Position numbers and translations under genes: made by a program
NCBI GenBank assembly: GCA_040357565.1
Contig: JBDODJ010000004.1
DNA: 64,000 nucleotides
From: Cercozoa sp. M6MM
Taxonomy: Eukaryota > Protista > Endomyxa: Ascetosporea
Direction: 5' to 3' (one strand)
Shown here: in pieces, positions 30,539 through 45,430 of the stretch
Position numbering within the stretch: position 1 is the stretch's first letter
How the letters are laid out: every line of letters starts with the position of its first letter
Notes under the pieces: model-generated
Seen by the model: only the letters and a program-made list of their open reading frames with translations
Database searches by the model: none
Told to the model about the DNA's origin: nothing

Positions 30539-32097
30539 TTGAAAGGCTACCTGAGCACGCATCGAACTGGGACGACCCCACTGGTCCAGGAACTCAAACA
30601 TGGCCACGACCATGGAGTTAAAGCGCCAGTCGCGGCGGCGTACGAGCTTCTGCACGGCCTCGGAGATGTCGAGCTCGATGAGACCACCGTGGATCACCTT
30701 GTGCGCTGTGCTTTGACGCGCCATGACCTTGCCATTGGCTGTGCCGATACGTGCATCAATCATTACACGCACAATGCATTGAAGCGTGAGAGGGACTACC
30801 CAAGAGATCGCCGACGATGCCGACGACACCGCAGGCACCGCCCTGTAGGTCGCCAAAGAGTCGCAGCGTTTCCTTCTCCTGCACCAGGCCGAGCCACAAC
30901 TTGACGCCGCTCCCCTGCCAGATCTCGCAGTCGACGCCGACGCGAATGGCGGCACGCAGGTGTGTCGCATCACGCACGGCAGGCACCCGGTAGCCGGCCA
31001 CAATGGCGACCTGAGTACCAGCATCCGTACGTTGGTTTCACTTAACATAATTGCGAGAATGTTGGAGTGTCCTACCTGCTGCGGACGAGTGCGTTTGGAG
31101 GCCTTGCTGCGCATTCTCGAGAGCATGCTTCGCGCAGCGGCAGGCGGCATCGTTGAGCTAGCGGACTGGAGCAGCTCGGCCTCGTTCTGTTCCACCTGTG
31201 CAGCTGGACTGTCCTCGAGAAGATGGCTCCAGGAGAAGCTGCACTTGGCGTCAATGCCACCGAGTCGTTTGCCGTTCGGAGTGGCATCGGCTACGACGAG
31301 CGATATGGCCGGTGCACGAGCAATGCCCACACAGACCTAGGTACACACACACACACATCACACACACACACACCACACACACATACACACATACACACAT
31401 ACACACACAAACATATATAGTAGGACAGACAAGACAGTCAGTTTTATACCGTTGGACACAGGTGAGGAGCACCGGCGCGAATAGCCGACTGACACGAGGC
31501 GGCGCACCCGTCACCAGAGGACGGAGCCGCGCGGATTTGGCGCAACTAGTTTAAACAGAGGACAGTTTCAGAACCTTCAAAGACACGAGGGAGAAAGACT
31601 GTCCATTAATGTAAACTTACCTGACGAATGTCCTTGAGTGCGATAGCAAGCTGCTGCCACAGAGCGTCGACCGTCGTCGGCTGGTAGGCGTCGATGTTGC
31701 CGTTGGTACCGTAGCCATCCGAGTAGGCATCGACTCCGTAGGCGCCAGCAAAGTCGTCGTCCTTGAAGTACAGCCAGTCGTGAAGCCTGTTCAAGTGTTC
31801 ATTCAGAAACGACCAACGAAGGGTGAGACAGTTTCTGTGTCACCAATTGGAGTCTCTCGATGGGTTCCAATGAGAGTTGCCCTGTGAGTAGTAGCCCGAG
31901 CCCGTGTTGGTACCACTGCCATACGGATTCGAGGATGGACTTGGCGACTGGTAGGGAGACGAAGGTGCAGGCGTTGGGGCCTTGTACTGCGTCTGCGCTT
32001 GGAAGCGGTCGTAGCGCGGGTCGTAGGCAGGCGAACCACTCGTCGAGGTGGCTGCAACACTCGCTGTTGCCACCAGTGTCGCGAAGCACAACTTCAT
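30300..32097 (-). CDS. Secreted protein with signal peptide, S/P/Y/G-rich N-terminus and beta-rich C-terminal domain
   Basis: MKLCFATLVATASVAA signal; NW|LHDWLYFKDDDFAGAYG; ELDISEAVQKLVRRRDWRFNSMVVAMF; 3' end uncertain (30300 vs 30461). Confidence 0.6.
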
Positions 32098-32749
32098 GCC
32101 ACTGTCTTGTGTTCGGTTTCGGAGACGGTTTTTGGTCTTGAGAGCAACGAAATCTCTTCTGCTTGCGTGAGATGGAACTTAAACTAGCGTCCAGGCTATG
32201 AGAGCTGTTGCTACTGCTGGAAGCACTCTTTCAGGAAAACGCAAAACCTAGCTGCTCAAGCTGCATCTTGCACCACTGTTTCGGACCTAGCGGTCAAATC
32301 ACTCAGTTGCGAGCGCTTTTCTCCGAAATCGTGTTGACATCGCAGCTAAACACCGACGGAGGTTTGCCATATCGTCGAAACCAGTGATAACTAAGTCTGG
32401 GTTTGATAACGGAGAACCCTTTGAACTAAATTACAAACCGCACAAACACAGGCAAAAGTCAACTCAGTTATACAGCATGCAATTTTCTCCAAACACCGTG
32501 CCTCTAGCAGATCTGTCATTTTTAAGATTTGATAGCTTCTAAAACCCCGCTTGACACTGAAGCAGAGCCCAATTTATCAACTGTGCTGCACGCCGGGGGT
32601 TTTTTAGTTTAAAATTAAAAACAACCGAATTCTGAACTGATTCGTTAGGACAACTGTGTCGCCTGTTATTCCTGACTAACATCAACAAACGAAATTTGCT
32701 TAGTATGCGGTGATAGGTTACATTTAATCTCGCATGCGTCAAGTCTCCG

Positions 32750-33450
32750 ATGCCAAACAGATACCAATGGACTGCGTTAAAAAGGGCCAGCAACTGGTGC
32801 TTCGGATATAGCGCTGGCCTGCGTCAGTCTGCGAAAAGGTCACCGACGCTCTGCTTTGAACGACTCGCTTTACTTTCACTTTAGACCGGGGTGCACTAGC
32901 TGCACGTGTCGCATCCAGAAACCAAAGACCCTCGCGTTTCGAGCTTCCTCGCGGAACTGCCATTGAAGAGACCCCAGTCACAACTGAAGGCGGATTGACT
33001 GCTCGAAACGAATGAACGCTAAGACTACGACACTGCGGCAAGGTGTGCCTGAGTCGGAATGGCTCCTAACTGACTCGAGCAAAGTCACCTCTTTCTCCTG
33101 CTCAGATGAGAACGATCGCGCTCGCATTCTACAGTATGCCCGCGTTCATGCAAATGCATTGGCTCTAGTATGTGAGTGTATCTTGTGAACATAAAAAATA
33201 GGTGGCGACGACTTGACTCGAAAGCCTGCGGAGAGGTATACAATCTGTAAAGTATTGACGTAAAGAGTGGGCTGCACTTGAGATACTGCAGGAACTGGCA
33301 TCAGCCGCGGCCAACGGGCGGACACATCAAGTGGAACTGATGCTGAAGCACACAAACGTCAGCGCAGACTATGTGTGTGAAGGCGTCGCTGACGGGTGGA
33401 CGCCGTTGCTTTGCGCAGCAGGTGTGTGTGTGTGCGCGTGCGTGTGTGTA

Positions 33451-33517
<67 letters not shown>

Positions 33518-34885
33518 TCTTGCCTCTTGTGTTTATATGCGTCTCCAACGTACAGCGGCAGGTGACTTCAAGAGTGTGCGTATGCTGGCTAAGAGAGGTG
33601 CGAACGTGCACGCATGCACGCGCGAGGGCTGCAACTGTTTGCACTACGCGGCACAGAACAACAGCGTGCAGATGCTGCGCTTCCTACTGTCACACGGCGT
33701 GGTACCCACCGAGAGTCGGCACGGCGTGCGGCCAGAACACTGTGTCAACGATACTCTGCCCTGTGCTGCCGACACTCTCGCCTTTCTCGTACACACGCAT
33801 ACATACACACATACACATACACACATACACTCATACACACATAAACACACACACAACGCAGGTAGCCCTCGGCAACGGCGCACGTGACGGCGCGTTTGAT
33901 GACTGCGCTGACGTTTTTGACGTACCGCACGGCAGACCACAGGTGCCTTCTGTCGCTGCGCGTGCCGTCGGGAACCGCGAGCTGTGTGCCGCGGTCAAAC
34001 GCGGACTGACTGGTACTTTAGCTTTTTCGTTTCTGCAAGAGTGAACGAACTTGTCGAGTTGGATCCTCGATGCAGCACGAGCAGAACGTCGTCGCTTGCG
34101 TGAACTACTTCGGGTATCTTTTCCTTGTTCGAACTGTTCAGCGTTACTATCATGTCGGATTTGTCTTTGAAATGCAGGATGATCCTCGTTTCAAGAATTT
34201 GCCGGTTGAAGCACTTAACAAGGCTATTGCACTCTTGCCTGTTGGGGAGCATGAAGAGTCACATGTACCGACTGCGATAGATACCTGTGTGCTGTGTTAG
34301 TTTTTTCGTTGAGGATACGATAACATGCGCAGTCGCGACTGAGCACACGTCGCAACGGAATCGTTGACGTAAAGACACAGCAAGCACTCATACCTCATGT
34401 CTGTGAACAGTCAGTACTGTTGTACCACACATGTGTCGCCTTGCGCAGAGAGACGACACCGGGGTCAGTGTTGCCACGCTTCTGCGTCGGCAAAACTGTG
34501 GTATCCATTCGGCCATTGTGTTCCCTCAACTTGTTGTTCCATGAGAGTGAGACATGTGCTTCACAAGGCAACTCGACACCTCAAACGCCTCCGCGCTGCA
34601 ACGACGCAGTGCGTTTGCTCCTTCAACAGCACCAGGTATCACGATCCCCGTACCTAGTACCGACACGATGTGTCAGACTGCTATTGGTTTATACAGGACG
34701 TCGATGAGGAAGCTGTGCGCGAAACTGATGACACGGATGAGGATATGTCACGCTGTCTGCATACCAACGACGAGAATCATGTAAACATCGCCAAGTCACT
34801 TCTAGTGCTGCTTGAGCGTGGTGACGGCTACGACATGATCTTGGATTCTGAGAGTAACGAAGACATGGGCATTATCGCCGCCTGA
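32750..34885 (+). CDS. Ankyrin-repeat protein, multi-exon
   Basis: ELASAAANGRTHQVELML; GWTPLLCAA|AAGDFKSVRMLAKRGANVHACTREGCNCLHYAAQNNSVQMLRFLLSHG; ends approximate. Confidence 0.7.
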
Positions 34886-34931
34886 GTTGACGGACATCTT
34901 TTAACATAAACGACTATAAGATATTCAACGA

Positions 34932-36170
<1,239 letters not shown>

Positions 36171-36385
36171 GGATGATGCGCGATAATGCATATTGCGCTG
36201 GACAGAGAGGCTTTTTCCAGTGCACGTCAGTGCTTTCATGACAGATGATTGATCGTGATTATGCAAACGAACACGTTCTTTAGTATCCTAGTGACTCAAA
36301 TCGAACGGCGCACATTTGACTCAGGTCGAGACTACCGACTACAGTAGTGTGACAGCACGGCTACGCTACTGGGAGTCGCGACACT

Positions 36386-38183
36386 TTACTGCTCCTCGAC
36401 CATCTCGTCCTCAGGGTACTCTGCAAATCACGCAAAACACACAGACTACATAGGACAGACAGACAGACAGACACAAGAGAACTACCCTCGTACATGGCGT
36501 CATCGGCCTCCTCAACGACCTCATCGTCGGCCGTGGCCTCCTGGTACTGCTGGTACTCGCTGATGAGGTCCGTCATGTTGGCCTCGCTCTCGGAGAACTC
36601 CATGTCGTCCATGCCCTCGGCAATGTACCAGTGCGTGAAAGCCTTGCGGCGGTACATGGCCGAGAACTGCTGGTTGATGCGGCTAAACATGTCCTGGATG
36701 GCGGTGCTGTTGCCGATGAAGGTGCCCGACATGGGCACGCCCGGCATCGACACGTTGCACAGCGAGGACTTGACGTTGTTCGGGATCCAGTCGACAAAGT
36801 GCTGCGTGTTGCGCTTCTGCACCAGCAGCATCTGCTCCTCGACCTCCTTGCTCAGCATGTTGCCGCGGAAGAGCGCCGCCGCCGTCAGGTACCGGCCGTC
36901 GCGCGGGTCGGCGGCACACATGATGTTCTGCCATTCCACAAACAGTACCTCACAGACACAGACACAGAAGGCAAGAGAAGCAAAGTACGTTGACCGAGAA
37001 CATTTGCTGCACCAGCTCGGGCACAGTGATGTTCTGGTAGGCGTTCGACGCAGCCGACGTGAGCGGCGCGTACGAGATCATGAAGAAGTGCAGACGCGGG
37101 AACGGAATAAGGTTGACGGCGAGCTTGCGCAGGTCCGAGTTCAGCTGGCCCGGGAATCGCAGCGACACCTGTACTCACAGACAGACACACAAACATGCAC
37201 ATGCACATGCACAGACACATGCACACAGAGTGCACGTACCGTGGTGCCCGACATGGCGCACGACACGAGGTGGTTCAGGTCGCCGTACGTCGGCATCTTC
37301 AACTTGAGCGTGTTGAGGCAGATATCGTACAGGGCCTCGTTGTCAATCACCATGACCTATCGAGGAAAGGATGTAACAGGGCGGATAAAGGGAATGCCAA
37401 AGGGAAGCAAGGCACCTCGTCGGAGTTCTCCACAAGCTGGTGGATCGAGAGCGTGGCGTTGTAGGGCTCGACGACGACGTTGGACACCTTGGGCGACGGG
37501 AACACCGAGAACGTCAGCATCATGCGGTCCGGGTACTCCTCGCGCAGACGCTGGATCAGCAGCGTGCCCATGCCGGAGCCCGTACCGCCACCGAGCGAGT
37601 GCGACACCTGGAAGCCCTGCAGCAGGTCACAGCCCTCGCTCTCCTTGCGCACGGCGTCGAGCACCTTGTCGATCAGCTCGGCACCCTCGGTGTAGTGACC
37701 CTTGGCCCAGTTGTTACCGGCGCCGTTGTCACCCTGCGCATGTATCACAGTGTACAGAGAGAGTACACCAGAAAGTCGCGCTGAGATAGAGGGGCAGCTA
37801 CGTGGATCTGCGAGTCCGGCTTGTACAGCTTGCCGTAGGGACCAGCACGCACGGCATCAATCACACCCGGCTCCAGGTCCATGAGGATTGTGCGCGGCAC
37901 GTAGCGACCACCGTGCGCCTCCGTGAAGTACACGTTGGCACGCTCGAGCTGCCTGTCGTCATTGCCGACGTACTGGCCGTCCGGGTTGATTCCGTGCTCG
38001 TGGCAGATCGTCTCCCAGAACTTGGCTGCACACGTGGGACATTCATACGCATACACAAAGGGAGAGCAACCTGTGCATATGAACTGCGCGTACCGCCGAT
38101 CTGGTTGCCACACTGGCCGGCCTGGATGGCAAGGATCTCACGCACTGCGCACCACAGAAACACAGATACCTTGTTTTGACACT
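36386..38183 (-). CDS. TUBB: Beta-tubulin, divergent, 8 exons
   Basis: [74 protein letters not shown], acidic tail ...[12 protein letters not shown]; start codon assembled A|TG across intron 38182-38145. Confidence 0.97.
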
Positions 38184-38677
38184 TTTTAATTGTGTGATCC
38201 ACCAAAAAACAATGAGAAAAGTGAGCAAAAGCGCGACACAAGCCAAATGCCAAAACGCACACGGCCAGCACACACAGCAGTATCCACAACACGCACTGGC
38301 ACGCTGGCAGGGCGCCTGGGCGCCAACCACTCGAAAAAGGCACAAAACAGCGCCCGGCGCTGCCAACGACAGCGCCTGTCACTGTCGCACGTGCAGTTGA
38401 GTTTGGTGGGGAACTCACTGCTGAACAGTCACACTAACACGAACAAGCAGTATTTGGAGGTTGCTCGTTCCTGAAAAGCTGCTTTTGGACGAGAAAACTG
38501 TGGTTGTAGCCATCTGTCATAGACACCGAAAGCGCCCGATTTCGGGTCTCTAACACGCATTTTTGGAGTGAAAACTATACTTAAACTACTCTAATGTGCA
38601 CAGTAGGTTTATTGCTCGTTCTGCTGTCGGAGCTGCACAGAACCAAGGGGAGTGTGTAGAGTGATACAAGTGTCTAC

Positions 38678-41600
38678 TCAGTACTCAGTTGTTGCTTGAC
38701 GTACCACCACATGCACCAGCGGATCGTCATTGAGTATAGACGTTGCGTAAGCAAGGAGTGCAGCGCGAACTTCGTTGTCGTCGCGGTCCTGTGTCCCGAA
38801 TGACATGCAGACACAGGCAGACGCAAGCACATGCTGAGAGGAGAGGTAACGTACCACGGCAAGAGTGAGCCACTTCTGCCATTCACGACCTTGGATTGGC
38901 GGCACGCCTGGCGTCTGTATAGCACAGCAAAAATGCCAGTGCGCATCCAGTACAGGGAGAGAGAAGGGAGAGTAAAGACTACAGCCAGAGCGGCAGTGCA
39001 GACGTGCTGGATGATCTTGAGATCGCCAGTGTCCCTGGCACGCTGCAGCAGACGCTTCAACGAGGCGCCTGTACGGCTCTCGTCCGTTTTGTCCTTGCTG
39101 CTGGGAACTATACAGAGGGTAGCACACATTACTGGACCTAGGTTGACACACAGGCAAGTGGAGGCACCGATGGAGTCGGCAAACACGAGAGCCTGACGAC
39201 AGGTGCGACTGCACACGGGTGCGCTCATGCACATGACCCGCAGCGCACGTGGCACGCCGTCAGTGTCACTGTCAGTGGCAGTGCTGTCCTCGTGGTGATC
39301 AGAGAGCCATGCCGTGTGGACACGTGCGCAGCGTGCCAGCGACGGTTCCAGCAGCGCACGCAGGGACAGGTGCCACGGTTGCGTGTGCGGCGCCAGTGGC
39401 GACATGCCTGCGAGTGTCACAGGGAATGCAACCAAACACATCACCAGAGACATGTACACTGGTACCGAGACACGTGGCCATCAGGTAGTCATGCGGTCCC
39501 TTGGTTTCCAGAAGTTGTTTCATCTCCCTGCACGTCCATATCACAGGCAGACATGCGAAGGGAAGGAAGGGAAGGAAGGAAGGGAAGGAAGGAAAGAACG
39601 AAAGCCAGAAATACGCGAGCTGCGGCAGTTGCAAGGCGCTGCTGGTGTCGTCAGCTACGTGCATCAGTGCGAGTGCGAGAGCGATTTGCGTGACACGCGA
39701 CTGCGGGAGCGTCAGAACGGGCAGCGTCGACTCCAGCACGCGCGTGTCGCCGAGTCGAGCCAGCAGCCAGTACGCTGCCGCCACCGACAGTGCCGTGTGC
39801 GGATGCGACTGCAGCCACGTCGCCCACGACGGTCGTGTCAGTGCACGTGCCCACTGCAGGGCGAACTGGTGCGTGCCACTACCCACAAACCAGTCACTCG
39901 TACGCCATAAATCTAATAAATATGGGTGTGTACCGGGACAGGGCAGAGGCAGAGGCAAGTGCAGCACAAGCTGCCAAGAAGACCTCGCCGTTGCCACCTC
40001 GATGCTCGCTTGGTGCTGCTAGACAACGCTGTTGTCGCACCTGCACAGCTCATACAACATAGTACACAGGTAGAAATTGGCATGTGCGATATCGACAGTC
40101 CGCGTAAACAGTACATATGGACAGGGACACTACCTGAATGCCGGCCAAAGAAAGTGCACGAAGTGTCGCATGAGGCAACACGGCCAGAAGGTCATTCTGT
40201 ACAGACACAGTTGTGTACACAGACAGACATACGGGACAACAGTACGGTACCAATCCACTGAGAACACGTGTCAGTGACGGTGTCAGGTGCGACAGCAGCA
40301 CCGATGCACACAGCAGGTACACCGTCAACTGCTCAGTCACACTGTCACTGTCGTCATCAGTGACGTTCTCCTCTGACACTGTTTCGAGAATCACACGTGT
40401 CAGTGCCGCAATCAGTACAGCCAGTGCCTCTTGTGACTGCGGGAGACCACCTCAGACACAGTGAATCACAGATGACATTTTCGAAAAGCCTGATACCTCA
40501 GTGTGCTGCCAGTACGGCACCAGTGCAACGCCACGTGCCACGGCAGCGAAAACAGTCACACCGCGGCTCTGCGTGGCTGTCCACATGGCCTGTAGCCACC
40601 ATACAACACACATTTTTAGGATCGCCGGTGTCGACATAACTGGTGCATGTCGTGAGAGAACTAACCCGACGGAGTGGACAGATTATGGCGCGTGCATCAG
40701 CGGTGCACTGATTCGCTACCAGCTTGAGCAACTGCCCAAGCACGTGAGTCTGAGTGTGAGCAGTCATATGTACAAGGTGTACCGCATGAGACATTGTGAG
40801 TGCCGCTGCGTCGCAACACGCCAGTAGCAGCTGCGACTGCGCCTCGCCACCGCACGTGGCGGCAAACTCGCGCACGCACGCGAGCGTTTCTGCCAGCGCA
40901 CCGTCGTCACCGTTGCCGGCGAAGGTGCCACGCAGCGCATGCAGTAGCACAGGTGCGTACAACTGCCACGTGTACAGACAAAGCGCACGATCAGTGATCG
41001 GACTGACCACCGCAGTGGCCTGTGACGGTGTCCAGGCCAAGTCAGTGACCCAAGCACGTGTCTGGCGCAGCACGTTCACGCGAGTGTGCAGGGCAGCATC
41101 GTCATCACCGCCTTTGGCCGCGAAGTTCGCACCATCCAGTGCGCACGTGCTCAGCACCTGCGTCAGTGCCGTAGCAGACCGTCTCGACGGTGGCACCTCA
41201 TGTGTCGGCACCGTGAGTAACTCACGAGCACGTCGCAGGAACCGTCGCTGTGCCAGAGAGACACGTGACACATCACTGAGTGAGACGTCGGGCGTGCCAT
41301 CAGGCGCACTCGCGGTCACCGTGCCACGTGGCTTGTCGCTGAGTGCGCCACGTGCGCGCGTGTGCCACTGTTCCAATCGAGACAGTGCGGCCAGCAGGTC
41401 GCCCGTGAGAGCGCCGGTGTGCGCACGTGCCAGCACCGTCAGCAACAGGTCAGTCAGCGGCGCCAATGAAGAGTGCCAGGCGCGGCCGTAGAGATCACGT
41501 GCCACGCGAGTCACGTAGTGCGCACTCGCATGTGCCAGCAGTCGCTTACTTGCGTTGTCTGGGCAACAACACCTGCCAGGAGGGGAAGGGAGGGTAGAAA

Positions 41601-43669
41601 ACATGCCATACCAGGGGCAAAGTCAACAAGATGTGTGACGCAAAGTTGCATGTGCTTGGTCAATGATTGTCCCACGCACGTGACGTCACTCAGAGTGTCG
41701 ACATCGAAGGTGGCTTCCTCACTGGTATCAGCCTCGTCGGTGGTCACTCTGAGTGCACAGGCACACACGTGCAGCAGTGCTGCCGACCGGCGCGACCAGT
41801 CGGAGTCGTCTTGTTCCAGCGCAGGCCAGAGAGAGTCCGGGAGTGCCTGCAGCACTGTTGGCGCGTCAAAGTGGCCGCTCGCGACGTGCTTCTGCAGCGT
41901 CATCAGACACAAGGCGGCACACGCGTCAGCAGTGTCAGTGTCTCCGTCCGTGTCCATGTCACCGTTCGTGTCCATGTCAGTGCGTGACCACTCCAGCAGA
42001 GGCAGCAGAAGACAGCCGGCGAACTCGGTCACGATGTCCTCGTGTGCCGTGTGCAGCGCCAACGCTGCCGCCAACTGCAAGGCTCCGCGTTGCTCAAGCG
42101 GCAGGAGCGATAACACGTGTCGCAGCGGCTGTTCGGCACGTCGGTCTTGCGCCGCTATGCCATATATTCGAGTCATCAAAGTGACAGCAACCACGACAGG
42201 ACCAAAGAGTACCCTTGGCACAGAGTGTAATAACCGCAGGTGTGATTTCTTCTTCAACCTGTTGAAACACGGGAGTATCTTTTCAAGTATCACTGTAGAA
42301 AAGTGATAGACCAAAGCGATACAGCAGAGAAAAGGCGGCGAACGACAGCATCGATCACAAATGACGATGCATTCGTCAGTGACGGTAGCATCAGGAGCGA
42401 CTCGCACTGCAGGGCACGTGCCAGTGGCATTAACTGGAAGGCACGTGTGCCAGTCACATGTGCACTCAGCTTGCTGTCGGCGCTGTCGCTGGCTCCAAAG
42501 ATACAGTGCACGACGAGACGTGCATCGCGCAGCATTTCGTTCGTTTGACGGTCGGCAGCGACATCGACATCGGTACCGCCAAGTGCCTCCTTCGACACTT
42601 CACCCTGTGGCAGCGATCGAACCCGGTCGGACATGTGTGAGACTAGTTGAGCCACTGAGTTGGCGCTTTCCTCAGTGCGCTCACTGATGTTGCCCAGTGT
42701 GCATGTGAGCACGGTGAGAAGATCAACACATGTCAGACTGAGCTGCGACACGTGTGGCAGTAGCACACCTGCCAAGTGCTCGCGCTGGCCACTCAGTGCG
42801 ATACGCGCGCACATTGGCCACACTGCTGCCGCTTCGCTTGTTTCGAACATGCGTTGCACCCTGCAGTACACTATTAGGACAGGAATAGCAAACAATACAG
42901 AGTAAAACTACCACTGCGCGACCACTTTGGCGTCATAATGCCGGCACAACGCAGGCAACACCGTCCCAACGAGGTCACTGGAGTCTTTTGATGTGACAAA
43001 AGTTTGAGCAGCGTAAATTGAAAGCGTTCTGCTGTGCAGCGCGGTTTTTGCTAGTCGCTTCAGCACATCTCGATCCTTCTGCAAGATGCAAAATTTGCAT
43101 GGCAAGCACCAGTGGTGAAACAAGGGCATACCACGAGAGTGAACACATGCTCCCACTGTGCTGACACTGGTCGCGAGAACGCAAAGTGCAGCACGTCTTC
43201 AAGTCCACAGGGATCCTTGAACGGCGCGTCTTGCTGTTGCAACACAGGTAGCATCGCGAAAGTAACGGAAAGGAAAGGAAGGAAAGGAAAGGAAAGGAAA
43301 GGCAAAGGAAAGGAAAGGAAAGGAAGGTGGCAAAACACAACGCACCTTGAGGAGGTCCAAAACGAGCTCGCAGACAGGAGCATCGAGAGGAATGCCGACA
43401 CGTGACCAAAGCTGAGTGATAAGATTGCCGCTGAGACGCTTCTTGCCCTTGCTTGCGCCCATGAGAGCACGCGCCAGACGCAAGGTCACGGTCAGTGTGT
43501 CCTGTGACACGGTGCGGGACAATGTACCCTGTTCCCGCAACCGGCCGAGCGACGAAAGCAAGGCATTGGCCACCCAGTCAACTGGAAGCACACTCAACAC
43601 ACTTGCGAGTGAAACATGCTCTCGCGACTCCTGACCAACACAAGTCGCATCATTTCCGAGCAACAGCAT
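38678..43669 (-). CDS. Large alpha-solenoid-like hypothetical protein, multi-exon
   Basis: Long L/A/V-rich open exons on the - strand (43669-43345, 42860-42330, 42230-41610, 41550-40690 etc.) joined by GT-AG; weak resemblance to Urb2-type C-terminus, not established. Confidence 0.55.
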
Positions 43670-44125
43670 GAAAGAAAGCGCAAAAATACCAAGAAACGCG
43701 ACACGAGTTCGCCGACCTCTGCGCGGCTGCAGTCACGCGACCTTTCTGTTTAAATCGTAAAGATTGGTTTCAAATTTTGGGCTCGAGACAGCTCATAAGC
43801 AGGGAGGGGCAGTCAGTGTACGAGCCAGGAATTGCAGCACGGCTTGGCGCGTCACGTGCGCTGAACCGCCCAGCAACTCCAGGAGGTCCTGCATCCTGGA
43901 GGGCGTCTAAATAGTAAATAGAAGCCTTTCGCGTAGGTCTTGTGCCTAAGAAACGCCTCTTCTGCCAACAACGGCCTGAGGCGGGAGTCTTTTTGTTAAA
44001 CGTACAAATTATCCTTCTCTTTCACAACCCTTGGGCTTTAATGGTGATGTTCTTGATCCGCGGCAGTTCCGGTCTCTGTCTCAGCACCGTCTCGACGAAG
44101 TCGGCCGACGCGGTAGTCCCCGCGT

Positions 44126-45132
44126 TCAGTGACTTGCGCAGCTGCGCGATACACACTCACACACACTTACGCAAACTCTCACACAACCACATTACAGTCT
44201 AAGAGTCGCAGTCACGCATCATAAAACAACCGAACGTACCAAGAATCGTCTGCGTGAAGTCGACCGGATGGCGGTAGCCAAAACTTTCTCACATTGAACA
44301 AGTAGTGGCCAGTCGCAGCACCGACCATAAGTGCCCAGAAGAATGCAACGTTGTAGCTCATCGCCGCTAACATGACGAAATAGCCGAGACTAAAGGAGAC
44401 GAAGAAGAGAAATGAATCAGCCACCGTTGCCTCCTTTTGCGCTTGTGAACGCGCTGTTCGATACGCGCTAAGCCACATGTGCACAACGGCGAGCAGAAAC
44501 AACGCCAACATGCTTCCCTGAGACGGGAAAATGAAGACAGGAACAACGTAACTTCGACAGCATCCCAATCCTCCGCTGCAACGTCGATACCACAAAAGGC
44601 AGGTAGCTGGTGGGTCGCCAGAAGTGAAACAAGACGTATTCTTTCACACTGCAGGTTCAGACCAGTGCGTATAAACGTCTTTGGTAACTAAAATGGCTTG
44701 ACCAAAGAAGCTCACCGTTGAGTGAAAAACGACGACATTCCCATGCTGCACATTGGGCAGGCGTCGTGCGGAACAAATGTCCCTGACGAACGACAAATAG
44801 ATGGGTCTTTGCGTGCAAACACTGCACTCGGCGGGCGTTTTGCGAAACAAATGTAGTTTACCTGCCACCATAAGTGCCATTACCGCGCAACTTAGTCCGA
44901 GCATAGCTTTCACAGAGAGCTTGTCTCGTGCCACAAGCTCATCACTCGGCGTTGTTCCGGCAGCAACTTCAAGCGAAGTGTCTTGCTTTTTCTCCGCCTC
45001 ATACTCGCTGGTCACTAACGCTTGGAGAGACGGGCGACCACAGCATGTACTCGACATTGTTCGCAGGATTTTGCCTCTGTGAAGCTCGTTGGTTGGAGAA
45101 TCCTTGTTTGGTGTTGACCTGTCTTCGGACAT
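44126..45132 (-). CDS. Ctr/SLC31 copper transporter
   Basis: CPMCSMGMSSFF..VLFHFWRPTS; TM2 GYFVMLAAMSYN (MxxxM); TM3 VGAATGHYLF (GxxxG); C-terminus DDSCCASH*; start 45132 or 45057. Confidence 0.85.
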
Positions 45133-45430
45133 TCGGCGTTTTGCCGGCGTACGGAGGCACGTAGCGCTCAGGCTTTTGTTTGTATGTTGCAAACTGAGAG
45201 GTACTGGTATTTGAACGAAAAACTCGAAGCAACTTAGATACCGATACAGGCAGCGTCGAAACTGTATTTTATTTGAGTCAGTTCCAGTTCCGTTTCGATG
45301 CGTTTCTTCGATCATGCCGCCAACTGCGCAACTGGGCAACGTTTCCCGGACTCATGTAGCCAGTGTTTCGCTGGAGATACGAAGCGCTGGGCCTTGTTGC
45401 GTTGCTTAAGGCGGTCCTACTCCGTTGATC

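Noticed and set aside
36494-37789. Long antisense ORFs opposite tubulin (also opposite Na/K-ATPase and IQUB)
   Set aside because: By-product of codon bias on the real coding strand; no protein features.
38145-38171. Non-canonical GG-AG intron or RNA editing to create the tubulin ATG
   Set aside because: A canonical GT-AG intron starting at 38182 explains it.
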